A DNA stretch of 64,000 nt, taken from positions 310,001 through 374,000 of the forward strand of contig JAHLTZ010000013.1 in NCBI GenBank assembly GCA_025786725.1, written 5' to 3'. Made by a program: the position numbers and the translations under genes. This DNA comes from Syncephalis fuscata S228. Its lineage: Eukaryota; Fungi; Zoopagomycota. How positions within the stretch are numbered: the stretch's first letter is position 1; each line of letters begins with the position of its first letter. The notes under the pieces were generated by a model. That model saw only the letters and a list, made by a program, of their open reading frames with translations. It was not told the DNA's origin and ran no database searches. Shown here in pieces: positions 14,307 to 27,828 of the stretch.

Positions 14307-15476
14307 AAGTAGCAAAAAATAATATGTTTTTTTTGGCTATTTAACTAAAGTATTTAAGACAAATGAAAAGCGTGATATAGTTATCGTGCATGCATGCCAA
14401 AAAAACAAGGAGTAATAAGTAGTACTATTGTAGTAAATAGAGATGGTGAATGTGGTGTGTGTATATATATTATGTGTGTGTATATTATGTATATCTATTA
14501 TGTAGCCAACCTATTACTTTGTATCACGTGATTTAATCAAGACTGATTGTAGTTAATTGTGTTGTATTCTATAATCGCTATCATTATAGATATATAATAA
14601 AACTATTTATAATAGACTGCCATTTATTAATTACTGTATGGTTTGCCATATTAAATATAGATTACAATTATACTTTTATTTTAAATATGCAGTTATGAAA
14701 TATAGATAAAGCATCAATAATAATGGTATGTAGTCTATCTATTTGATCAACCCCTATGTATATAATAGTATAGTTAGTATAGATTAACTAACCAATCATA
14801 AGTGTTTCTTAATTTAGATCCCAACTATTTTATTATATGAATAGAAGAGAGAGAGAGAGAGAAGAGAGAGAGAATTACACTAAATGAATTGATTCTTTAA
14901 TAGACACACACACACATTGCTGTTAAAAACACCGCCCTAACTGGAAATGAATAGAGTGTGAGTAATAAGGGCGAATAATGATGAGCGCCCACTTTAACTT
15001 TCTTTTCTACTTTTCTTTACGTACATGCACTGCATGTAGTCTTATTTAAGCTTATTGATTGCTATTAATATACACTATTTAAAGGTAAGTAGGCTATAGG
15101 TATCTAATAAAGAGAATGTAGTAGGTATTTTGAGTAGGTGATGTGTATAGCGTATACTATATGAATTGCGCGTATATACACGTAAATACAGTGACAACAG
15201 CTATTTATATCCATAAATAGTATAACAAAGTAATACAGCTACTAAATAGTTGTTAATAACACTAGTAGAATGAATAGGCGTCATTTATATTATGCAGGTT
15301 TTGGATGAGAATATAAAACTTTTTTGTTTTGGTTTAATTTTAATAGATTTTTTACACTTTATATATTATATACTAACATTATTCTATAAATTACTAGGCC
15401 ATATCATTATTCTATATTATTATTACGTATTATCTGTTACTATCTGTTACTATCTATTACTATCTATTAATACAGG

Positions 15477-17724
15477 ATGCCTACACCTGATTTGAATAGT
15501 GATAACAGCAATACAGCTGATCATCAACATAATAATAATAATAATAATAACAATAATATATATAGTAGTAACAGTCATAGTAATCGTAGTACATCAACTA
15601 CCACGACTACAGTAAAACAACATAGTGTTGTTTTTTATGAAGAAGAGGAAGAAGAAGTTGAAGTGGCTACAACCCAACAATTATTACCAACAACAACAAC
15701 AACACAACAACAACAACAGCTATATTGGCTAATCCATTTGCCACTGATCAATCTATAGTGACTTCTAATGGATCAATGAACATGAATCGATCTAGTCAAA
15801 GTAAAGATGTAGTATTTAATCATCGCTTAATGGATAATGCTCACACTTATCCAACAAATCAAATGGAACAAGAAAACGATAGTGATGACTATGATTATGG
15901 AGAGGGCACTTTTCATCCACCAAGACAGTATAATCCATTAACTACCAATAATGATGGATCTAATAGGAAAGGATCATCACAGACCCAGTATAAATCATTA
16001 ACCCTATGGCCCATTCCATTAGCCACTCGTTATGCACTGCTTATAACGGTTATTGTATCAACATTGGCAGCCTTTAATCTAATTCATGTTTACTGTTCTG
16101 CTCCCTCTTATGTTATCTATCATGAAGATATTGGGCCATTGTTACTATCACCCTGGTATACACCACTACATCTATCATCGCTACTAGTCACCATAACTAA
16201 TTTTATATTATTGGCTATATTCGAAAAGTCATTAACTCAGTTATTGGGTGGCACACGTCGCTTAATTGTCTACTGGCTATTAATGTTGGTATGCATTCTA
16301 AGCCTACGACAATTACTAGGCTATTTATTCTGTCGTGGTACGGGATGGGCCTTCCCTGCACTTTTCTTTAATGATTCAGTGCACGAATGTAGCTATGGAC
16401 TTGCCCCTCTACTGGCTGCATCACTTATGCTACAAGCATTACGGATTCGTGATAAATATATCATTTATTATGGTCGACAATCCCATCAATACTTTACTAT
16501 ATACAAGCTGTTATTACAACTCTCGCTACTATTTCTCAACTACTTTACACGTAATATTCTATGGTGGTCGATAACTGGTTTAATTATCGGTCTATTTGCC
16601 GCATTGATTGTACATCCACTCTATATGCGTCGATCGCAAAACCGACCCACCTATACGAAGAGGATAACGATGAATATGCTATGGAAATAGGTGTTATTCA
16701 TAACAATACATCTAATGGCAATAGTAATGGTAATGGTAATAGACCAGCTTCTAAATCATCCACAGTGAAGAACACAAGTTGTCGTCAATGTCTATATGCA
16801 TTAATGCAAGGATTAAGAGTGGCCACACTCACGATGATTTTATTACTAATCAGCAATGCTATTTATACCCATCAGCCACCAGTTAATACAGTGGCATTGG
16901 GTAAATTCAGTGAAGATCCATACTTTTTATCTTTGGTTGTGTTATCGGCCCCACGTCGTACCGATCCAGACTTTCTTCTTCGTACGCTTAAATCATTTCT
17001 TGCCCCATTACCGGATGAACCAGCGTCGAATTCATTCTATACCCGTATACGTATTGTTGTGTATACCCATTTCTCCAACCATTCGATCTATGATCGGGCC
17101 CGCCGTGAAATAGGCGACACACCCAAGGGACGTCGCTATATTAAATGGCTACGCGAGGAAGGATCGACACGTGATCAGCGATTACATATGTCACGGGCCC
17201 TTGATTTAGTGGCCACTGATAAAGATGGATTCAGTGAATATATCGGACTGGTTGAGGATGATTTTCCTCTTTGTGGCGATGATGCTTGGCAGTTATTGTT
17301 ACGTGTATTATGGGAAGCCAATGTACAACGACCCAATCATTGTGGTGTATTTGTCGGTACAGGTGGTACTGGATTGATTATGCACCGTAAAGTGGCCATC
17401 CGTTCGGCGAAGTTATTACAAAATCCGGATTTTGCTGTTATTCCACCCGATGTACTGCTACAAGACTGTCTACTCGGTCGTAATCCTTTGTGTAGTTTCT
17501 GTAATCGTACATTGACCATTTCACGTACTATACTTATGCAGCATCTTGGATATAATACAAGTACGAGTAATGTACGCTCTTATGGCAAGGAAATGTACCA
17601 GTGTGGTTGGCGACATCCATTTGTAAGTTATTATAAATATTTATATGTTCTAATTGACACTATTGACTAATTTATTAATTTAATTGTTTAATAGAATGGT
17701 GATCCAGATATTCTTACTATTTAA
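15477..17724 (+). CDS. Multi-pass membrane protein fused to a C-terminal GT-A-type glycosyltransferase-like domain (two apparent frameshifts; probable 5' UTR intron 15085-15475)
   Basis: Overlapping ORFs 15477-15758, 15725-16690 and 16561-17670 join into one protein. About 6-7 hydrophobic helices, then LSLVVLSAPRRTDPDFLLRTLKS, YIGLVEDDFPLCG, QHLGYNTS and CGWRHPF|NGDPDILTI* after an intron. Confidence 0.7.
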
Positions 17725-17909
17725 ATTGACTGATTAGTTGATTGATTGATTGATTAAATCAATAATGAATAAGTAGGCTGTGATGCTTTCTTTATTAGTT
17801 TTATACTTTTGCGTATAAATGCTGTGCGTATTCCTTTTAGTATTAAATAATTTTAGACTAAAATTTCATGTTTATTTATATAATATATATATACTATATA
17901 TAATCATTA

Positions 17910-18661
17910 TTACTCAATATTCTCTGTCTTAATTGAGGTTGTAGCTGTAGTTGTAGTAGTGGTGGCTATGTCATCTTGGTCAATTTGCATGGCATCAGTA
18001 TCGTCTTTCTTCTCTTGTTCCTCATTAACTTCACTTTTCTTGATCTCTTCTGTTGTATTTAACACTGGTGTTGTAACTGTTGTTGTTTCTGTTACTTGTT
18101 GTGATGATGACACTTCAGTAGTTATTGGTATTGCTTCTTTCAATGGTTCCATTATTACATCCTTTTCTTCGTTAATAATTGCTCCTTCCTCCTCCACTTC
18201 TTTATCATTATTGTTGTTAGTATTATCCTTGGTGTTAGCATTTTCTTCTGATTGTTTTTCTTCTTGTGGCTCCGTTTCTTTTGTTACACCTTCCATTTCT
18301 CCTTCTTCTTCTTCTTCAGCCTTAACAGATAGACTACGTACAATAGCTCTACCCGATGCATCTTGTACAATAGTCATGGCAGATGCATCTCCAAGTGTAG
18401 CTACTGGTGGTGTAGTATTTAATGTAGATGCTGATAACAATGGTGAAGTACTAGATCCACCAATTGACTCTAGTTTACTTGACAATGACTTGGTTTTATC
18501 TTCTGTTGATTCTTTCTTTGATTCGCGTGTTGTTCTATAACTTTGATGATCTCGTCGATTGTCACCTTCATCTTCAGAATCTGATAATTCATTATCAGGT
18601 ACAATACGAATATCTCGCATACGATCTATAAATACAATAAATAGTAATATAAACATATTGT

Positions 18662-18698
<37 letters not shown>

Positions 18699-20554
18699 GT
18701 AATAATAATAGCTTACCAGTAATACGAATATCTGGATTCTCCTTCTCCTCATCGTCTTCTTCATCTCGTGGTATGTCTTGCATTTGAGCTGATGGTGCGT
18801 GCGGCATACTTCTTAAATGGTCTATAATCTTTGATCTAATAGAATATAACGCTGTAAACAGCTATTTAATTAAAACATTACTAATAAACTTACTTGAGTT
18901 CATTTAAGTATTTGGGTGAATTTTGATTATCCATATTATTGGATGGCACTTCTAATCGATACTCGGGTCCATAGAATTCAAAATAGTCATTATATGGCAG
19001 TTCTATTTCTTTTAGTATAATTTCAATAAATAAATGACTAATCAACTTACGTTCATTCAATTCAACGCCGCATAAAATAGATGTTTCATATGTCCAGGCC
19101 CTGGCCACATTACGAATTGTGTATCCACCACCACCCACTACCATTAATGGCACGTTAAATGATTCATATACTCTACACAGGCCGCATGACCTAAAATAGA
19201 TAATTGATTGTTTGTTTGGTTTGTTTGTTTTGTTAATAATACAATTATTGTTTAATTCTATCTAAAGAACATCAATTCTAATTACCTTTCATTGAAAGAT
19301 TAAAACAGCCTAGTCGATCACCAGCCAATGAATCAGCACCGCATTGTAGTACAACAGCACCAGGTCGATACCATTCCATAATATGTGAAATAATTGATTG
19401 AAATAAATCACGATATGAATCATCGTTCATACCATCCCGCAATGGAACATTAACAGCGTAGTATTTGCCTTTATCCAAACCAATATCCTAATAAATAGAT
19501 TAAAACAGCCTATTTAATGCAATAACATTGCCAAAGATGGACTTACATCGATATCACCAGTACCAGGGAAATATTCACCATGTTTATGGAAAGAACAAGT
19601 CATAACACGGTCAGTAGTATAAAAGGCCTCCTCGACACCATCGCCATGATGAATATCAATATCAATATATAAAACACGCTGGTGATATCTACCCATTGTT
19701 TATTTAATATACATATATACATACACATATATCATATAATATTTAAATTACTAACCTTAGCAATTCTAGGATAGCCAGTACAATATCGTTAACATAGCAA
19801 AATCCAGAGGCTTCCATTCGTTTAGCATGATGCAAACCACCGGCCCAATTAACAGCAATGTCGCACTCATTGCTATTCAGCTTACGCGCACTTCCTAATA
19901 GTCCATTATAAGTCGTATAGTTTTAAACATTATATTGCTGTAAATGTTCTCACCAATAGAACCACCGGCTGAAATACTACAAAATTCAAACAATCCATCG
20001 AAAATTGGACAATCTTCACCGACATTAACTATACAATTGTTAATAGATTGTTAAATATACGTATAGTACGAACATCGAGCCTGTTGAACAATGAAATTAT
20101 CGGCAGTTTCCGGTGTAACACGTTGTAGAAAATCAATATATTCATCAGTGTGGAAACGAGTCATTTGACGGGCTGAGGCTCTTTCCGGTCTCTATACAAG
20201 GATGGTTAATATCAACAGACATTTAAAGTATACATACTGTAACCTACAACAATACTCATTTTCTTGTAAAGTCCATAGTTGACAACAAGATTATGCACCA
20301 TACGAACGCGATGAGGCTTCATAGGATGACCTAAAGCCAATGAGTAAGCATATAATTGTATTGAGTATTTAGCACCGATCTCAAGGTATTTTGTCGGTTA
20401 TTTTACCTGGACAATAGGTATAGTTTCCTACATCGTCTGTATATAGAACAATTGTTGTCAGTGTTAAATGCATATAGTGTTATTGTTGTACCAATATTCT
20501 ACTTACGATCGTAAAAATAGGAAATACGCGGTTGTGAGTGAGAGAAGAAGTCAT
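17910..20554 (-). CDS. RPD3: Class I histone deacetylase (Rpd3/HDAC1) with acidic C-terminal tail
   Basis: [111 protein letters not shown]. Confidence 0.95.
18663..18710. repeat. (AAT)n microsatellite in an RPD3 intron
   Basis: About 15 AAT units; source of the poly-Tyr in ORF 17910-18764. Confidence 0.9.
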
Positions 20555-21054
20555 TGAAGAATAATTTTAACAAATAGTTTCAAATAAAGCGGATAATCCT
20601 TGTATAAGGTTATAATAAAGAAATATAACGACAAGTATGCTTATGTTAACAAGTTGGTCCTGGAAAAATGAAAGAAGAAAGCAACGTAGCGCTACGAGCA
20701 AGTAAGAAGGAGGGAACCGACACGTGCCTGTCAATTTATCTCATAGGCCAGATGAATAAGTCTAGCGCAAAGTGTCATCAATTGATAGTTAACCAGATCA
20801 ATCCACATTGGTTCAATTGTTATGTTCTCGTTCAAGCCAAACTAGATCGATATAGATTGGACTAGTTAATTATCAATCGATGACGCATAACAGCGGACTT
20901 GTTCATATAGCATGTGGGATAAGCGTATGCACTACAACACGCTATCCCTCTTTATTCCAGTTACTCATCCAGTGCTCAGTACTACAGTTATACTTTTATA
21001 GCACATTGAAAAGCGTATACACATCTACGTCTTATATCTTTCTACACGGTCAGC

Positions 21055-23369
21055 ATGACGGTTATTCCTGGTAAGTATTGCAATGGCGACAGTAGATATA
21101 AACAGTCTTGACGCCTAACGTTCTATCTATTTGCCACCTATCCTTTCTCTGCTCTATCGCTTGCCAATGATAGTCGTAGTAAAATGGAGTGGGAAAAAGT
21201 TTGATGTCGACATGGAGGTGAATGAGCCTGCCATGGTATTCAAGGCGCAATTGTTTGCTTTGTCGGGTGTAGAGCCCGATCGCCAAAAGATTATGATTAA
21301 AGGAGGACTGATGAAGGTAGGCAGTGCACAAGTCGGCCGATGAGTCCACTTGAAGGCTCTCTAATCGCACTGCATAAATAGAACGATACCGACTTGAGCA
21401 AATTAAGTATAAAGCCGGGACATATTTTCATGATGATGGGAACTGCCGGCGAGATTCCAAAAGCACCTGAAAAGCCCGTGGTGTTTCTAGAAGATTTGGA
21501 CGACAAGCAAATGGCAAAATCGGTGAGTTATTATGACTAATTTAAATTTGTTAAAAAAAGTCACTAATGATTTTATTAGTTTGATATTCCTACAGGATTG
21601 GAAAATTTGGGCAATACTTGTTATATGGTAAATGAAGCCATGTCAGGATTAGTAATTATTGGATCTGACTTTAAGTTATAGAATGCCACTCTACAGTGCT
21701 TAAATGTTATTCCCGAGTTAAATCAATCGCTTAATTCGTAAGTAGCTGAATATAATAAAATGTAACATATTACTTATACCAATCTAGGTATAGCGGGTCT
21801 GGTGGTGGTGGCGCTGCTACAGATCGACTATTAACAACGGGTTTACGTGAGCTATTTAGAAAGCTAAAGTCAGAAGGTGAAAGCTATGCGCCAGGTCCTT
21901 TTGTTCAGGTTCGCATAATATATGTTGATTGTACAGTGATTAACTTGTATCCACATAGACATTACGTCAAGCCTATCCAAGATTTGCACAAATGGAACGC
22001 GGTGGATATGCACAGCAAGATGCTGAAGAATGCTGGGGTGTTATTATGTCAGCACTAAGGAATACACTATCAGTGGATCGTGCAGCCACGTCAGATGCAC
22101 CAGCCGCTAGTCAACAAAAGTTTATTAATCAGTATATGACGGGTGAATTAGTAAGCACGTAGGTTGTTACTTATTATGCGACAATTAGCCCGTAGTTAAT
22201 TGTATTATTACGATTTAGATTAAAGTGCGATGAAGCAGAGTCTGAAGAAGCAACTGTAACGACAGATGAGTTTATTAGACTCACGTGTCATATCTCTCGT
22301 GGTAAATAGGCCATTGATGATTGAATATAGACGTTAATTATATATATGTGTGTGTATGTAAATTTATTTATAGATGTCAATTACATGAGCAGTGGTATAA
22401 AAGAGGTATGTATAGTATATTCGATATGTATCACCTTCTAATATTATTGTAGAGCTTGGAGGAGCAAATTGAGAAAATATCTCCTACATTGGATAGACAA
22501 GCCGTGTATACAAAAACATCATGTATCAATCGTCTACCAGCATATCTTACAGTAAATTTTGTTCGTTTTTATTGGAAAACTACTGAACAAATCAAGGCTA
22601 AAATTTTAAGAGTAAGTAGACATTATTCAAAATTGTTTGCGCCATGCTAAATTATTTGATGAAACACCTGAAGAAAGTTAAATTTCCGTTGGAACTGGAT
22701 ATGTACGAATTCTGCACGCCAGAACTTAAGGAAAAGCTACGTGGCGGTCGCGACAAGTTGCGTGAAATTGACGATGAACGTGCCTTGGCAGCAGTGAGTA
22801 GCTAAACTATTGAGTGGTGAATAAACTACAACCACTTACGCCTATCTGTTTTTAGCGCAAGGCCAAAATAGATGCCAATAAAGAAAAAGACAATGGAAAT
22901 ACCGATGCTATGGATACAGATTCGACCGAACAAGCACCAATTGATATTAGCTCTGCAGTACATCCGGATTTGTTGGCCGATACTGGTTGTAGCACTACCG
23001 GCTTGTACGAATTATGCGCAGTGCTTACGCATATTGGTCGATCAGCGGATTCTGGCCATTACATTGCCTGGGTCCGACGCAAAAATACCGGTAAGTAGTA
23101 AAGCTAGCTAAAATGCTTGGCTTTTAGTCTGTGTAGTATTTAATATAGCAACAACTTTTATTTCTAATTATTTATTAGACGATTGGTTCAAGTTTGACGA
23201 TGACACAGTTTCTATCGTAACAAGCGAGGATGTACTTAAGCTGGATGGTGGCGGTATGTATTTATTATTATTATTGCTGACAATAGCGTGTCAATTATAA
23301 CTAACATTATGCATAGGTGACTGGCACGTGGCTTACATCTGTATGTATCGCACTCGAGGATCTGCCTAA
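21055..23369 (+). CDS. UBP6: Proteasome-associated deubiquitinase Ubp6/USP14 (UBL plus USP domain)
   Basis: MTVIP|VVVKWSGKK..FKAQLFALSGVEPDRQKIMIKGG; Cys box GLENLGNTCYMNATLQC; QQDAEECW; His box LTHIGRSADSGHYIAW; WFKFDDD; GGGDWHVAY. Confidence 0.95.
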
Positions 23370-23642
23370 GCTATTGGACATCTTTTATATAAACAAACAG
23401 TTAAAATCTTTTTATTGTTGTAGAATAATGATATGCTTTTGTCTAAACAGTGTTATTGTACGAATACAAAATGATGAAGATTTAAAATTACAATAGCTAC
23501 AACTTTAACGGTTTATTAATTTTAATTATATTAAAATATAATATTTATATTTATTCTATAATAATTCTATAATGCTTTGTAGCTACTCAGACATAGGAAC
23601 AAAGTATAGGCACGTTAGTGATAGAATTAACAATAGTACTGA

Positions 23643-24978
23643 ACATTTATTAATGTTTTTAATTGTGTTAAATAAATTTGATAGATACAATTGTATAAAA
23701 CATTTAAATAATTGTATTATTATGCAACAAATAGATTATCAAGATGTATTATAAATGTTTACAGGCAACACTAAATGAAGGCTAGTGCCGGTGAATTATG
23801 CTGCATATTGTTTAAATGATCGGCATTAATTTAAATAATATTATAATTGGCATTACTAGGGAAACAAAGCTATCTACTATGCTGTGCATACAAGTTTAGT
23901 ATGGATCATCTTCTATGCTTAATCGGCAGAATCATATAGTACAAATGCTATTGACCAGTTTATTATACTATACAAATATTGCTAGCACTGATGTGCGGCT
24001 GATATGGAAGATAGCAGTAAATATGATCTGTATTACAAATAAACAAGGAGTCTTTCAACGGAAAAAACATATGATTTATCAAATATTGTCTATAGCTATT
24101 CATGTTGAAGACCAATTGCGTAGTACATTTATCTTGGGTGGTATTAGGTGTCATGTTTTGTTGTAAAAGTTTCGTTATTGCCACAATATAAGCCAGCTTT
24201 GTTGTTGTTTTTAAACCAAGCATTATGCTTTTATCTTCTCTTGCCATTATCTATTGCTTACTATATTTTATATTGTTATACACTTGGAAATTACAAGATT
24301 ATTACTGCCTACAGTTTAACACAATTAAATTAAGTAAATTGCCATGTGAAGTGTAGTGCATTTGTGTCTTTTACCATGCGAGTACTTACAGATATATAGT
24401 CAGCTAGATACTATATGGTTTTGTGGCATGTTGAATACATGCTGCAAATGATGTTAGACTGCACATAGCTGACTAGTGTTCTGTTTAATGAATATGGTGT
24501 TTTCTAGGTGTTTATCTGTATAATTGCATTGATAATTGTCTGGTGTATGGATAGCATAGGAATTGCAATTGGTATGTTGTTTATATCCGAGGTGATGTGG
24601 ATGTGGTGGTAAATCGAGTATTGTTTATACAGCTTTCACTAGTTGGATGCTGCATGGAACTGCAGATGATTTATACAAACCAACATATACATACTGTCTC
24701 CATGGCTGTGCGGAGTAAGACTAGCAATACATGTGGTTGGCTAAATAATTTGTAAATATCAGTGCTGCGTGTTTTATGCGTAATGGTACAGTGCTATTGC
24801 AATTTATAATTATGTCTGACGGCCATTCCGAGTATTTAGCAATGTAGATAGGCAGCAAGCATTATTTCCACTATTTGTTTGCTCGTACAGTTTACATGGA
24901 ATACTTTAATAAATATATATTCAAAAACACTTGTATCCAACAAGAATAGAATTACGGTACGTCATTTAGTCATTTGTT
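23643..24978 (-). repeat. Repeat A' (inverted copy of 3094-4433)
   Basis: Reverse complement of repeat A with only a handful of differences. Confidence 0.95.
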
Positions 24979-25525
24979 CAAGTAGCAACTTAATAACTGT
25001 ACCAAATAGCAAAAAAAATAGAAAAAAGTGATATAATATTATCAATTAAACATAAATAATTTATTCAATTCATTTAGTGAATATGATGATCAGTAGTAAA
25101 TGGCATCAAAGTTTAAAATACTCATCATCGTAGATTTATTATTCAGTAATATTTTCTATTTACTTATATTAATTCCATTAATATCTACGCTGCCATATAT
25201 TATTTTATTATATATTATACACGTTTTATTTATTGTGTAACCAAAACCATTTATTTTTAAACAAGAGAAACGAGTAAGACAAGTCATACATATCTTCTTA
25301 TAACCCAACATCTGCTATTATATGTAGTTAGTATACAATTCGCCACATGTATAAAACATAACTAATTTTACTTCCAAATGACACAATATGTTATCGCTAT
25401 CTAAGACATAAAATTAGTCAGCGTTTTCAATATATTAGTAAGCGTGCGCGATGTTTTTACTACTACAAAAGGCGGCCTGTTGAATTAACATCTACTCAAC
25501 ATTACACATTTTTATCTTTATTACA

Positions 25526-26619
25526 ATGTCTCCTCTATCGTTCAAATTGAATACCGGCGCTTTGATCCCCGCTGTGGGCCTGGGAACATGTATGTGAAGC
25601 ACCATGTTTGATTATTAATTGCTACATTATCTGTGCAACAGACGATATAGCACCCAATGAGGTAACTGATGTCATTAACACGGCATTTGAGGCCGGATAT
25701 CGCCACTTAGATGGTGCTGCCATCTATGGACAAGAAGATGCCATTGGTGAAGCGCTAAAACAAGCGAAATTGCCACGAAGCGAATACTTGTCACGTCCAA
25801 GTTATGGAATAACAAGCATCACCCAGACGATGTTGAAGAAGCCTTGGACAAGACGCTTAAGGATCTGCAACTGGACTATCTCGATCTCTACTTGATGCAC
25901 TTCCCACAGTCTTTTCAGCGAGGTGGAGACGCTGTACCAAAAGATGCCGACGGCAATATACTTATGGCCGATATCGATTTTTGTGACACCTGGCGCGCCA
26001 TGGAGGTAAGCCATAGGCTAGATGATCGATGCAAGTAAACTGACTCGTATTACAAAGGCGCTTGTGAAAAAGGGCAAAGTTAAGGCGATTGGCGTATCAA
26101 ACTTTACTATTGAAGATCTCCAGCGCTTGATCAAGGAAACAGCAACAGTGCCGGCGGTTAATCAGTTTGAAGCACATCCTTACTATCCTCGAAGTGAGCT
26201 TGTCAAGTTTTGCCAAGATAATGGTATTCATGTCACTGCATACCGCTCGTTTGGGTTTCTTAAGGAGCCACGGCTACTGGATGATCCAACAGTAAGATTA
26301 GCAAATTACTATACGCTGCTTTGCTAACACGTATTTGGCAATAGATCCGTGAAGTTTCCGAAAGAAATCAAAAAACACCAGCACAAACCCTTCTAAGCTG
26401 GGCGATCCAGCACGGTGCTTCCGGTAAGTTATACAGTGAGTTTTAAGTTGCTTTGCTAACAAAAGACAACCAGTGGTTCCAAAGTCTAGCAATCCCAAGA
26501 GACTCAATGAAAATATTCAAGTATATACCATTCCTGAATCAGATTTTGCTAAGCTTAATCAAATTACCATAAGACACGTATACAATCTACATCCATGGAT
26601 GCCTGCTGCATATGAATAA
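25526..26619 (+). CDS. Aldo-keto reductase (AKR1/Gcy1/Ypr1-like), with apparent frameshifts
   Basis: [82 protein letters not shown]. Confidence 0.9.
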
Positions 26620-26759
26620 TTACTTGTCTTTTAAATAAAAATGATATTTACCAATACTTGTTAATGGCAATAGTTATCTAGTTAATTATCGATGCGTTTT
26701 GTTAATGCTATTGCATTACTATTAAATAGCTTTTAAAATCTATTGTAATTCGGTGTAAG

Positions 26760-26868
26760 TTGACTGCATTGAATAACATCCAACCTATTGAACATGATGA
26801 TGAGTGGTGAGTGACATTAATCATCAAATACTCATCATTGTAGATTCGTTATCCAGTATGCATATATA
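26760..26868 (+). repeat. Repeat C (~110 bp), contiguous with B'; inverted copy at 51615-51720 and degenerate direct copy near 25075-25150
   Basis: AATAACATCCAACCTATTGAACATGATGATGAGTGGTGAGTGACATTAATCATCAAATACTCATCATTGTAGATT matches the reverse complement of about 51635-51710. Confidence 0.85.
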
Positions 26869-27654
26869 ATCTATTTATCTATATTATTCTATAATATACT
26901 AGATACATTCTATTTATTATATGCTACAATACAATTTGCTTAGTCTACTCATTATTTTATATGCACTATAGCACCAACATTACTTGTCATACTCTTCCCA
27001 TTGTATATTCTCCTAGCCTTCCCCTATCCAATACTGCTTTTACTTTGTTCTATCTTTACTCTTAGTAAATTTTAACCAATATCAGTAGTCTGCTCATGCA
27101 CATATGCCCAATAACTTTAATAACGCTAATTGTTATTCAGTATTGCATATTCATTATATGTATATTATTTTATTGTCTGGTAAATACGCGCTAATTATTA
27201 CAGTTGTTCGCTTGTTCTAGCTTTATAATCTGTAAATCTCGACTCATCCGTTCATTGGCTTATACATATAAGCACACTATAATGCTAACACCACTATTCA
27301 TACACTGCTTTGCTTATTGGCCACTCTCTATGCCATCCTATGTCTAAATAATACTGCTTTGTTTAAAACCGCTGTTTATTTGATACTGTTTTTATTAATT
27401 GCAAATCTCAACTCTTATCACTCGTTTTGTTCAAAGAGTCGTGCACACTGTAGTTTCAGCAACACTATCCACAAACTTCTATTTGTCACTTTATTTTGCA
27501 GCATATCATTTATATGTTCTAGTAGATATGCCAATAATAGTATTGCCAATAGTAGTGAACATGGTGTAAATTGTCGTCAGTATTTATAGTATGGTACTAT
27601 TCAACAAGTTTTATACATATATACATATATATTGCTACTAAATTATTTAAATAA
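26854..27654 (-). repeat. Repeat B' (inverted copy of 6284-7084)
   Basis: Reverse complement of repeat B with few substitutions. Confidence 0.95.
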
Positions 27655-27828
27655 AAACTAGGCTGTTCTAATATTATATATTTATTTATTATTAGTATAT
27701 TCAGGTAATGTGGTCACAAAGTGTATTAACAAAGTGTAAAATATACGAACTGCATATGTTGAAAAATCAAATCATTTGAATAAAAATGTAACTTTTCGCG
27801 TTATTTTTATCTAACTATTATTGCAACT

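Noticed and set aside
17959-18540. 193-aa Ser/Val-rich plus-strand ORF (similar cases at 8363-8716, 39794-40006, 44819-45175, 59198-59515)
   Set aside because: Antisense shadows of low-complexity coding regions.
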